A stretch of 64,000 bases of DNA, taken from positions 32,001-96,000 of the forward strand of contig JBILLK010000005.1 in NCBI GenBank assembly GCA_044376115.1, written 5' to 3'. Numbering within the stretch: the stretch's first letter is position 1; each line of letters begins with the position of its first letter. The translations under genes and the position numbers were made by a program. Below are positions 9,884-18,600 of this stretch, one piece after another. The notes beneath the pieces are model-generated. The model worked only from the letters and a program-made list of their open reading frames with translations. It was not told the origin of the DNA and did no database searches. This DNA comes from Polyangiaceae bacterium (GTDB taxonomy: Bacteria; Myxococcota_A; Polyangia; Polyangiales; Polyangiaceae).

Positions 9884-10882
9884 TCAGCGCGGAAAAGAAC
9901 GCCAAGCTGTCTCGAGGATCGTCTCCAGGCTGCTCCACTCTGGCGTCCACCCAAGCACTCTGCGCGCCTTCGCAGCTGATCCAACGAGCTCAGGCGGATC
10001 CCCCGCGCGACGCGGAACTTCGGTGTAGCGAAAGGCTGCGCCGGTGATCTTGCGCGCACCTTCGATCAGCTCGAGTACCGAAACACCCTTTTCGGTGCTG
10101 AGGTTGAACGGCTCAAAGCCGGTGCACGTGCCTGCAAGCAAGGCCTTGAGCGCGGCGACGTGCGCGCTCGCTAGGTCCTGCACGTGGATGTAGTCGCGGA
10201 TGCAGCTACCGTCACGGGTGGGGTAATCGGTGCCGAAGAGCTTCAGCTTGGTCGCTTGGGGATCGCCCCCGCGCAACACGCGTGCGGCCTCCTCGAGCAC
10301 CAGCGGGATCAGATGCGTCTCCGGATTATGTCGTTCGCGCAAGACGCCCTCCGGGTCGGCGCCGGCCGCGTTGAAGTAGCGAAGGCTCACCGTGTTCAGC
10401 CCGTAGGCTGACGCGTAGTCACGCATCGCGTGCTCCATCACGAGCTTGGTTTGCCCGTACGGATTGATCGGATGCTGGGCTGCTTCCTCGCTGATCGGAA
10501 TCACCTTGGGCTCGCCGTAGGTCGCGCAGGTCGACGAAAAAACGAGGTTCTTCACGCCGGCGTCGAGCATGGCGTGCAGCAGGTTCAACGTTCCGACGAC
10601 GTTGTTGTTGTAGTACTTGCGCGGATCGGTGACCGACTCACCCACGTACGCGTGCGCTGCAAAGTGCACCACGGCATCGTAGCGATTGCGGCTAAACACA
10701 CGCTGGAGCGCTTCACGGTCGAGCAGATCCGCGTGGACGAAATCCCCCGCGACCACCGCATCACGAAAGCCAGTGCACAGGTTGTCGAGCGTGGTGGGCG
10801 CAAAGCCGTTGCGACCCAAGTGCTTGACGGTGTGAGAGCCGATGTATCCCGCTCCCCCAACGACCAGGATGCGGCCGCTCAC
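9884..10882 (-). CDS. galE: UDP-glucose 4-epimerase
   Basis: GGAGYIGSH, HFAA, VGES, FSST, YGQTK, LRYFNAAGA, RDYIHV. Confidence 0.95.
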   Translation of the reverse strand: MSGRILVVGGAGYIGSHTVKHLGRNGFAPTTLDNLCTGFRDAVVAGDFVHADLLDREALQRVFSRNRYDAVVHFAAHAYVGESVTDPRKYYNNNVVGTLNLLHAMLDAGVKNLVFSSTCATYGEPKVIPISEEAAQHPINPYGQTKLVMEHAMRDYASAYGLNTVSLRYFNAAGADPEGVLRERHNPETHLIPLVLEEAARVLRGGDPQATKLKLFGTDYPTRDGSCIRDYIHVQDLASAHVAALKALLAGTCTGFEPFNLSTEKGVSVLELIEGARKITGAAFRYTEVPRRAGDPPELVGSAAKARRVLGWTPEWSSLETILETAWRSFPR

Positions 10883-10981
10883 GAAGCAACTCCAAACAGG
10901 ATCATCGCGCTAGCGTGCCGCACGGCTGGGCCGACTTCAAGCTGCTTGGTTCCGCGGCAAGAGTGCGTTCTTCTCTCGCGT

Positions 10982-12394
10982 ATGTGGCAATATCTCGCGT
11001 CGGGGCTCTTCCTTTTGGTCGGCTGCAACGCCCCATCGAGCAAGCCCAGCGCACCCGAGGAGTCAAAAGTGGAACCCCCCAATCACGCGCCGCAAGCGAG
11101 CGCGAGCGCGACGGCTGCAATGCCCGCTCCAGTTGAAGGAGCCGAGGCGCGCGGACGGCGATTCGTCGAGTTGCTTTCGAGTGAGCGGTTCGCTGAGGCC
11201 TTCGCCGAGTTCGACGAGAAGATGACGGCCGGCTTGCCCCAGCCGCAGCTCGAGAAAGTCTGGCGCGGGCTGACCACCGCAGCCGGCGCCTTCGTGAAGA
11301 TCAATCAGGTGAAGGTCGTCAAGGTAGGGGCCTACGAGACGGCCATCGTCGAGTGCGTCTTCGGCTCGACCACGCTCGACGCGAAGGTCGCTTTCGACGC
11401 CAACGGCAAGGTTGCAGGTCTCTTCTTTTCTCCGGGTACGCAGCCCTACAGCGAGCCCAACTACGTCGACCGAAGTCGCTTTGAGGAGCTCGAGGTCACG
11501 GTGGGGCAGGGCAGCGAGTGGGAGCTACCGGGCGTGTTGACGCTGCCGAAAGGCAAAGGCCCGTTTCGCGCCGTCGTGCTCGTGCACGGCTCTGGCCCCA
11601 ATGACCGCGATGAGAGCGTGGGGGCGAACAGGCCGTTCAAAGATCTCGCGCTGGGGCTCGCTTCGCAGGGCATCGCGGTGCTCCGCTACGACAAGCGCAC
11701 CAAGGTCCACGGGGCGAAGTTCGCTGCCTTGTCCGACGCGACGGTCGACGGAGAAGCGGTCGACGATGCGGTGGCTGCTGTCGAGCTGCTACGCAAGGAC
11801 GCCCGCATCGACGGCAAGCACATCGTCGTGGTCGGGCACAGTCTTGGCGGCATGCTCGCGCCAGCGATTGGGCTGCGGGCGAAGGAGCTCGCGGGCGTTG
11901 CCAGTCTGGCCGGAAGCGTGCGGCCGATTCTCGATCTGATGCTCGAACAGGTGGACAAGATCGCGGCGTTGGATGGGCACCGCTCGGCGGAGGAGCAGGC
12001 TGAAATCGAGAAGCTGCGTGGGCAGGTTGAACAGGTCCGGGCCATCCAAGCCGGCAAACCGGTGACGAGCGGTGATGGGCTGGTGCTTGGGGCCCGGCCC
12101 ACCTACTGGAAGCATCTCGCCGCCTATGACCCGCTAAAGTCGGCGGTGGCTTATCGCAAGCCGATGTTCTTCGCGCAGGGCGAACGCGATTACCAGGTTA
12201 CGACGGTCGATTTCGACTTGTGGAAGCGCGCACTTGCCAAACGCAAAGACGTCCGCTTCAAGCTCTATCCCAAGGCCAATCACCTTTTCGGCGAAGGCGA
12301 AGGTCCAAGTGGGCCCGAAGAGTATCAACGGCGCGAGCCGGTAACCCTCGAGCTAGTCAAAGACCTGGCGGACTGGCTCACCAAGCTCCCTTGA
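10982..12394 (+). CDS. Lipoprotein alpha/beta-hydrolase with N-terminal DUF3887-like domain
   Basis: Lipobox LLVGC; VLVHGSGPNDRDE, LRYDKR, GHSLGG, QGERDYQV, NHLF. Start at MWQYL, because the longer ORF overlaps galE. Confidence 0.88.
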   Translation: MWQYLASGLFLLVGCNAPSSKPSAPEESKVEPPNHAPQASASATAAMPAPVEGAEARGRRFVELLSSERFAEAFAEFDEKMTAGLPQPQLEKVWRGLTTAAGAFVKINQVKVVKVGAYETAIVECVFGSTTLDAKVAFDANGKVAGLFFSPGTQPYSEPNYVDRSRFEELEVTVGQGSEWELPGVLTLPKGKGPFRAVVLVHGSGPNDRDESVGANRPFKDLALGLASQGIAVLRYDKRTKVHGAKFAALSDATVDGEAVDDAVAAVELLRKDARIDGKHIVVVGHSLGGMLAPAIGLRAKELAGVASLAGSVRPILDLMLEQVDKIAALDGHRSAEEQAEIEKLRGQVEQVRAIQAGKPVTSGDGLVLGARPTYWKHLAAYDPLKSAVAYRKPMFFAQGERDYQVTTVDFDLWKRALAKRKDVRFKLYPKANHLFGEGEGPSGPEEYQRREPVTLELVKDLADWLTKLP

Positions 12395-12464
12395 GAATCA
12401 GACTCGTGCCCTCTTCAACAAGCTAAGTCCACGGCGCAAAGTGTCGTGGTAGATCTCGGACTTC

Positions 12465-13985
12465 GTGCAGCTGCAACCCGGACAGATCCTCGCTGACAAG
12501 TACCGCATCATCCGCCAGATCGGCCAGGGTGGTATGGGCGCTGTGTTCGAGGGCGAGAACATCCGCATCCATCGCAAGGTGGCGATCAAGACGCTGCATG
12601 CAGCGGTCGCCGGTAAGGCCGACATCCTGCAGCGCTTCGAGCGCGAGGCTCAAGCTGCGGGTCGCATCGGCTCCGAGCACATCGTGGAGGTGCTCGACAT
12701 GGGCGATCTCCCGGATGGCTCCCGCTTCATGGTGATGGAGTTTCTATCGGGGAAAACGCTTGGCGATCGCATCATCGTCAACGGCAAGATGCCTGCGCGC
12801 GAGCTCGCCGTGCCCTTGATGCAACTGCTGGACGGCCTCGGTCGTGCGCACGTAGCCGGGATCATTCATCGCGACCTCAAGCCGGCCAACGTGTTCCTGC
12901 TGAACAACAAGCCGGGCCAACCAGACTTCGTCAAGATCCTCGACTTCGGTGTCTCCAAGTTCAACGTGCTCAACGCCGAGGAGATGAGCATGACCCGCAC
13001 CGGCGCGGTGATGGGAACGCCGTATTACATGTCGCCCGAGCAGGCGAAGGGCGCCCGAACCATCGATACGCGCAGCGACCTCTATTCGGTGGGCGTCATC
13101 ATTTATGAGGCGGTGACCGGCCAGGTCCCGTTCAACGCCGAGACCTTCAACGAGCTCATCTTCAAGATCGCGCTGGAAGCACCGCCTCCAGCCGAGAGCT
13201 TCGTGCCCAACCTCGATCCAGCGTTTGCGGGCATCATGCGTAAGGCGATGGCGCGCGAGCCCAATGAGCGCTTTCAAACCGCCGAGGAAATGCGTGCGGT
13301 GTTGGCTGCTTGGGTGGCCGAGTATGACGCTCAGGCTCAGGCTGCCGCGGGAGGGCCAGCCATCCTCCACGGTACTGTGGCGATGGGCCCACCCGCCCAA
13401 GCCACGACGGCTCAGTTCGTCGCTAGCCAAGCCAACGCCAATCCGCCTGGCCAGCAAGTTCGCGCGGGGGGCACCGTGGTTATGGAAGCATCCTCCCAAG
13501 CAGGCGAAGGCGCCCAGACCCTGGTGTATCAGGCGGGCGGTCAAGCGGGCGGTCCCTACCAAGCGGGCGCTCCCGCGCAGACCACCCTACGTCGACAGGT
13601 TCCAAGCCGCAAAGGAAGCTCGATCGCAATCATCGGGGGCGTAGCTGCGCTGGCCATCTCCTTTGGTGGGTACTTTGCGTATGCGCAGCTGAGCCAACCG
13701 AGTCCACCTCCGAGCACTCCATCCCTGAGTGCTAGCGCTGTCACGAAGGAAACGGCGCTCCCTGCAGCGCGCCCTATGCCGCCGCCTGGGCCTGCGGCCG
13801 AGCCAACGGCGTCTGCTCCTCAGCCCGAGCCAACGAGCAGCACGCCTGCCCCGTCGCAGCAGCCCACCAGTGTTCCGCCTGCGGTTCCAACGGCGGTGCG
13901 CCCAGGGCCAAAGCCGCCCACCACCGCAACGAGCACCCCCAAAATCCCCAAGCCAGCTCGCACCATAACGCCCGAGCTTTTCTGA
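12465..13985 (+). CDS. Transmembrane Ser/Thr protein kinase
   Basis: GQGGMG, VAIK, HRDLKPAN, DFG, GTPYYMSPEQ; TM helix; Pro-rich tail. Confidence 0.95.
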   Translation: MQLQPGQILADKYRIIRQIGQGGMGAVFEGENIRIHRKVAIKTLHAAVAGKADILQRFEREAQAAGRIGSEHIVEVLDMGDLPDGSRFMVMEFLSGKTLGDRIIVNGKMPARELAVPLMQLLDGLGRAHVAGIIHRDLKPANVFLLNNKPGQPDFVKILDFGVSKFNVLNAEEMSMTRTGAVMGTPYYMSPEQAKGARTIDTRSDLYSVGVIIYEAVTGQVPFNAETFNELIFKIALEAPPPAESFVPNLDPAFAGIMRKAMAREPNERFQTAEEMRAVLAAWVAEYDAQAQAAAGGPAILHGTVAMGPPAQATTAQFVASQANANPPGQQVRAGGTVVMEASSQAGEGAQTLVYQAGGQAGGPYQAGAPAQTTLRRQVPSRKGSSIAIIGGVAALAISFGGYFAYAQLSQPSPPPSTPSLSASAVTKETALPAARPMPPPGPAAEPTASAPQPEPTSSTPAPSQQPTSVPPAVPTAVRPGPKPPTTATSTPKIPKPARTITPELF

Positions 13986-14119
13986 GCTCCGTGGATGCAG
14001 ACCGCCGAAGGCCCCGTTGGACCTTCGACTTGGCACGAGTCATTGAAGGCGGATGCAGTGTCATTCCGCCGAGCGTAGGCTGACTACATCGCGTACACTT
14101 CGGTGGGGAAAGAACGGCT

Positions 14120-15652
14120 ATGACACTCGCCGCCGGCCAGATCATTGATGAGAAGTACCGCATCGTCCGAGTTTTGGGCGTGGGCGGAATGGGAGCGGTC
14201 TACGAAGGCGAGAACGCGCGCATTCACCGCAAGGTGGCGATCAAGGTCTTGCATGAATCGGTAGCGCAAAAGGCCGATTTCGTGCAGCGGTTCGAGCGTG
14301 AAGCGCAAGCGGCAGGTCGCATCGGTTCGCAGCACATCGTCGAGGTGCTCGATCTCGGGAATCTGCCCTCCGGCGAGCGCTACATGGTGATGGAGTTCCT
14401 TGACGGTGAACCGCTGACGAACCGCATCAAGCGTAGAGGCCGGCTCTCAATCCCGGAAACGACCGCGCTCACCGGTCAGCTCTTGAGCGGTCTTGGCGCT
14501 GCGCACACCGCCGGCATCATTCATCGCGATCTCAAGCCCGACAACATCTTCGTCGTGCAACGGTCAGGCGTCGATTTCGTCAAGCTGGTGGACTTCGGTG
14601 TTTCAAAGTTCACCAACGCTGGGGAAGACATGAGCATGACCCGCACCGGCGCCGTGATGGGGACGCCGTATTACATGTCTCCCGAGCAGGCTCGTGGCCA
14701 GCCGATTGATCACCGCAGTGACCTTTATTCGGTTGGGGTCGTCTGTTACCAGGGCCTCACCGGGCAACTGCCGTTCAACGCGGAGACGTTCAATGAACTG
14801 CTATTCAAGATCGCGCTCGAGACGCCGGAGCCGATCGAGAAGCTGATCGCAGGCTTTGACCCTGGCTTCGCCGCCATCATTCGCAAGAGCATGGAGCGAG
14901 ATCCAACGCAGCGGTTCCAATCCGCTGCTGAGTTTGGTGCCGCCTTGCAGGCGTATTCCTCCGGCCAGGTCCACCCGCCCGCTGTTTACACCAACACTCA
15001 GGTCGGGCCGTCGGGGGCGCTGGGTCAATCGGGAGCGCTGGGTCAATCGGGAGCGCTGGGCCAATCAGGAGTGCTGGGCCAATCAGGAGCGCTGGGCCAA
15101 TCGGGAGCGCTGGGTCAATCGGGAGCGCTGGGTCAATCGGGAGCGCTGGGTCAATCGGGAGCGCTGGGTCAATCGGGGTCGTTGCCAGGTGCACACGGGC
15201 CGCTCAATCAATCGTCTCAGGTCGGTCTCGCCGTCACAGCTCCTCAACAAAAAAAGAGCGGAACTACGCTGCTGGCCGCCGCTCTCGGTATGGCCGTTTT
15301 GGGCGTTGGCGGAGGCTTGGTCGCCTTTCGCTTCGCGGGTGGAGAGCCGCCCCCCTCTGCAGGGAGCCGCGCAGAATCGGCCTCAGCGGTGGTCACCGAG
15401 CCTTCCGCGGGTGCAACCAGTTCGGTTGTGCCAACGGCGAACCCCACCGCGGCGATCTCAGCGAACCCGGTGGACTCCGCCGTGCCCACCGCCAGCGCCA
15501 GCGCAGCGCCCTCTGCAGTGCCGTCCGCGGTGCCGTCGGCAGCTCCGCGATCAACGGGCGTTGCTGCCAAACCAACGGCTGAAAAGCCTGAGCCGAAGCC
15601 GGCGGTCACTGCGAAGCCAGTAGGTGGACGCACCATCGACGGCACGCTCTGA
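14120..15652 (+). CDS. Transmembrane Ser/Thr protein kinase (paralog of upstream kinase)
   Basis: GVGGMG, VAIK, HRDLKPDN, DFG, GTPYYMSPEQ; TM helix; Ser/Ala/Pro-rich tail. Confidence 0.95.
   Translation: MTLAAGQIIDEKYRIVRVLGVGGMGAVYEGENARIHRKVAIKVLHESVAQKADFVQRFEREAQAAGRIGSQHIVEVLDLGNLPSGERYMVMEFLDGEPLTNRIKRRGRLSIPETTALTGQLLSGLGAAHTAGIIHRDLKPDNIFVVQRSGVDFVKLVDFGVSKFTNAGEDMSMTRTGAVMGTPYYMSPEQARGQPIDHRSDLYSVGVVCYQGLTGQLPFNAETFNELLFKIALETPEPIEKLIAGFDPGFAAIIRKSMERDPTQRFQSAAEFGAALQAYSSGQVHPPAVYTNTQVGPSGALGQSGALGQSGALGQSGVLGQSGALGQSGALGQSGALGQSGALGQSGALGQSGSLPGAHGPLNQSSQVGLAVTAPQQKKSGTTLLAAALGMAVLGVGGGLVAFRFAGGEPPPSAGSRAESASAVVTEPSAGATSSVVPTANPTAAISANPVDSAVPTASASAAPSAVPSAVPSAAPRSTGVAAKPTAEKPEPKPAVTAKPVGGRTIDGTL
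15011..15178 (+). repeat. 18-bp coding tandem repeat, about 9 copies (SGALGQ)
   Basis: Unit tcgggagcgctgggtcaa with few substitutions. Confidence 0.95.
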
Positions 15653-15664
15653 CGCCAGGCCAAC

Positions 15665-18600
15665 TCAAAAGGCGTAGCGCGCGCCAACGCTGGGTGACGC
15701 GGTGAACCACGCTGGCCCCGTGAGGTCCTCTCCTCCGAACGCTCCAATTCCATCCACCGCCGCGTCCACTTCACGGTCTGCTTCCCAGCGGGGCACGCCC
15801 AGTGGAATGACGGTGGTCACGGCGAGCCCAAGCGACGCTTCGAAGCTCTCCGTCAATTTGTAGGCGACGCGCACTTCCGGCAACACGCCGATTGCAGGCG
15901 CAAACACGCTTTCGATGATGGGGCCCGCTTGATACGTGAACCCGTCCTCAAGGTCGAAGCGTCCGGTGCGCACATCGCGGCTTCTGCTCAGCAGCGCGCC
16001 AGCCGTGAGTCGGAGGGAGACCGGAACCACCTCACCAAAGCGATACGAAACGTGCGCTCCAACGAAGGCGCCTGAAAGCGAAAGCTCGTCATCGACCAAG
16101 CCCGCTCGCACAGGAAGCCCTACGGGTTGTACGGAGGCCGCTCGCCCCTCCACCGTCTGCGCCGACGCAAACCATCCGCCTGAAACTCCAACCCCAAGGC
16201 CGATTCCGAACTCGTAGGCCAAGTGAAGCAGCGCTGTGCCGCCGAGCCCAACGCCCGCACTGCAACCCTCGCCACAGTCCTTGTTCGGCTGGCCAAAGTA
16301 GCTCGGGAAAAGGTTGAGTGCACCGGTCGCTTCGACGACGAACTTGCCCGGGATCGACCAGCGTTCGTCGTCCGGATTCTGCTCCAGCGCAACGCGCAGT
16401 GTGGTCGGGTCGTCCTTCTCGAGCGTGAGCTCGCGGCGCTGGCCGATGAAGCCGTCGGCAGAGATCGTGATGATGTGTTGCCCGCTTGGCAGCGCGCCGG
16501 ACCAGGTTCCACGGCCGAGCGGCACTCCATCAATCTCGATCAGCGAGGCGGCAGGCGTGGGCTCCACACGCAGCGCAGCATCGAGCGGAACGGCGGTCAG
16601 CTCGAGCGTGGTGACGCGATCCTTCTCGATCGGAGCGGAGGTCGGGGCAACGCCGCTGCCATCGTCGTTCTGGAGCACCACCACGTGGGCGCCCACCGCC
16701 AGCGTTCCCTCGAAAGGCGTCACTCCGACCTCGATCTGATCGACGATCACGCGGTGCACTTTGCCGGCCTTCTCGACGATCCTTAGCGTCCCCGACTCGG
16801 TTAGCGCGAGCAGCTTTGCTTCCACTCGTTGGGCTTGTCGGCTGGCCACCTCGACTCGCGTCTCGAACGGAACAAAACCCTGTTTGAACACGCGTACGAC
16901 GTGACTGCCGGAGGGCACGCGCAAAGGGGCCGTGGTTGGGTAGGTCCCGCGTTGGCGCCCATCGATGACGATCATCGCGCCGGGTTCGGCCGCATCGATC
17001 TCGATGCTCCCAACCAGCGTTCGCAAAGCCGAGATCGCCTCCTGTGCCTCGAGCTTCTTCTTCTGATCCATGTCCGGATAGTCGCGAAGGAGCGCTTCAT
17101 ATTCGGTGAGCGCCTCGTCTTGCCGACCGAGCTCGCGGAGACAGAAGGCGCTGTTTTGCCTGGCCCCACGGGTCGGGTACAAGCGCACCGACTCGCTGAA
17201 CTCCGCCAGGGCGGCGTCCCAAGCGCGTTCGTTGACGAGCGCAAGTCCGCGTTCAAATCGTTTCTTAGCCTCCTCCTTCGCTAGCTCCTTGCCCTCGTTC
17301 GCAGCTGCAGCGGCGGGCTCAGTAGGCTGAGCTTGGCTCGGTTGCGGCTGACCTACGGCGTGTGTTGGGTGGCCCATCGCAGCTACGGCCACCGCAGCGA
17401 GCATCTTGCGCCGACGTCGCAACGACGCAATCGCCAGAACACCGAGCAACCATGCGGCTTGCGAGGGTGCTCGACCTCCGCTCGTCGTGCAGTCGCAGCT
17501 CGACGCAACGTCGCTTGGTGGGCGCGGTACACAACGACCATCGAAGTCGCACGCGGAAGGCGACTGACAGTCGGATACGTCGCTGCAGGACGTCTTGCAG
17601 GTCCCATCCGGTCGGCAGGTGTAGGGGCTGCAATCGACGATCTCGCCCTCGGCTGTGGTCGCGGTAGCTCCTTCGCATTGGCCGGCAACACACGCGCCGT
17701 CGTCGCAGTGATAACCGGTCGCGCATTCTTCGTTGCCGGTGCAACTCTCGAGACAGGCCTCTGCTCCGCAGGCAAATTCACCGCATGGTCCTACCGTGCC
17801 GGCGCACTCAGACCGTTGTTGCCCATCGCAGATGGCGAAGTCGCAAGGGTCTTCAACCCCAGCGTTGTCGCAGGCCGTCCGGTCCCCGTGCGGTAGCCCG
17901 GTTACCGGCACACAAATCCCGAGGCTCCCATCGACATCACACGCCTCGCACTGCAGCTCACACGCCGACTGACAGCACAGCCCATCAGCGCAGAACCCGC
18001 TTTCACACTCTGCCGCCGACCTGCAAGGTCCGCCGCTTGAAATCACGCAAGCATCCTCGAGCGAAAGACCCGGCGGAATCTCTCCACACTGGCCGTCCTC
18101 TCCCGTGCCCTTGCGTGCGGCTGTGCAACCCTCACAAGCGCCGTCGCATACGGCATCGCAGCACACTCCGTCGGCGCAGGAACCACTGTCGCACTCCGCG
18201 TCGAATTCGCACGCTATGCCCAGTCCGGCCGGCCGAATCTCAACCAGCCTGCCAGGGCTCACCATGCCGTTGACCGCAACGCGAAGCCAACCGAGCCCGG
18301 TGAACGTCGTTGCCGGCGGGGTCCAGCTGAGGGTCGTGTCGGTCCATTCGGTGGTTCGACCAATCACGAGCCCTGGGCCATTGAGCGGCTGCCAAAACAC
18401 CACGGGCTGGTTGCTCGTCGAAGCCTTGGTTTGGCCGCCCGAGGAGTCCGGGCCACGGAACCGCGTGCCCGTCATCGCTACGCTCGTTCCCGCCTCGACG
18501 ACCGAGGGAGCGCCGCTCAACGTTGGCCGGAACGGATCGTTGCCGAAGGCGAAGACCTGCGTCGCTGTGTGAGGAAAGTCGATGCAGATGGTGGTGCAGC

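Noticed and set aside
10430..10981. Long N-terminal ORF extensions (also 33865-34053, 24562-24864, 59196-59351)
   Set aside because: They overlap neighbouring genes, and better starts with signal peptides or RBSs lie downstream.
14031..14047. TGGCACG upstream of the second kinase as a sigma54 promoter
   Set aside because: The -12 element is wrong: GG-N10 is followed by TG rather than GC.
15011..15178. Tandem repeats here and at 35817-35936 as possible CRISPR arrays
   Set aside because: No spacers, unit lengths are multiples of 3, both are in frame inside genes, and no cas genes are present.
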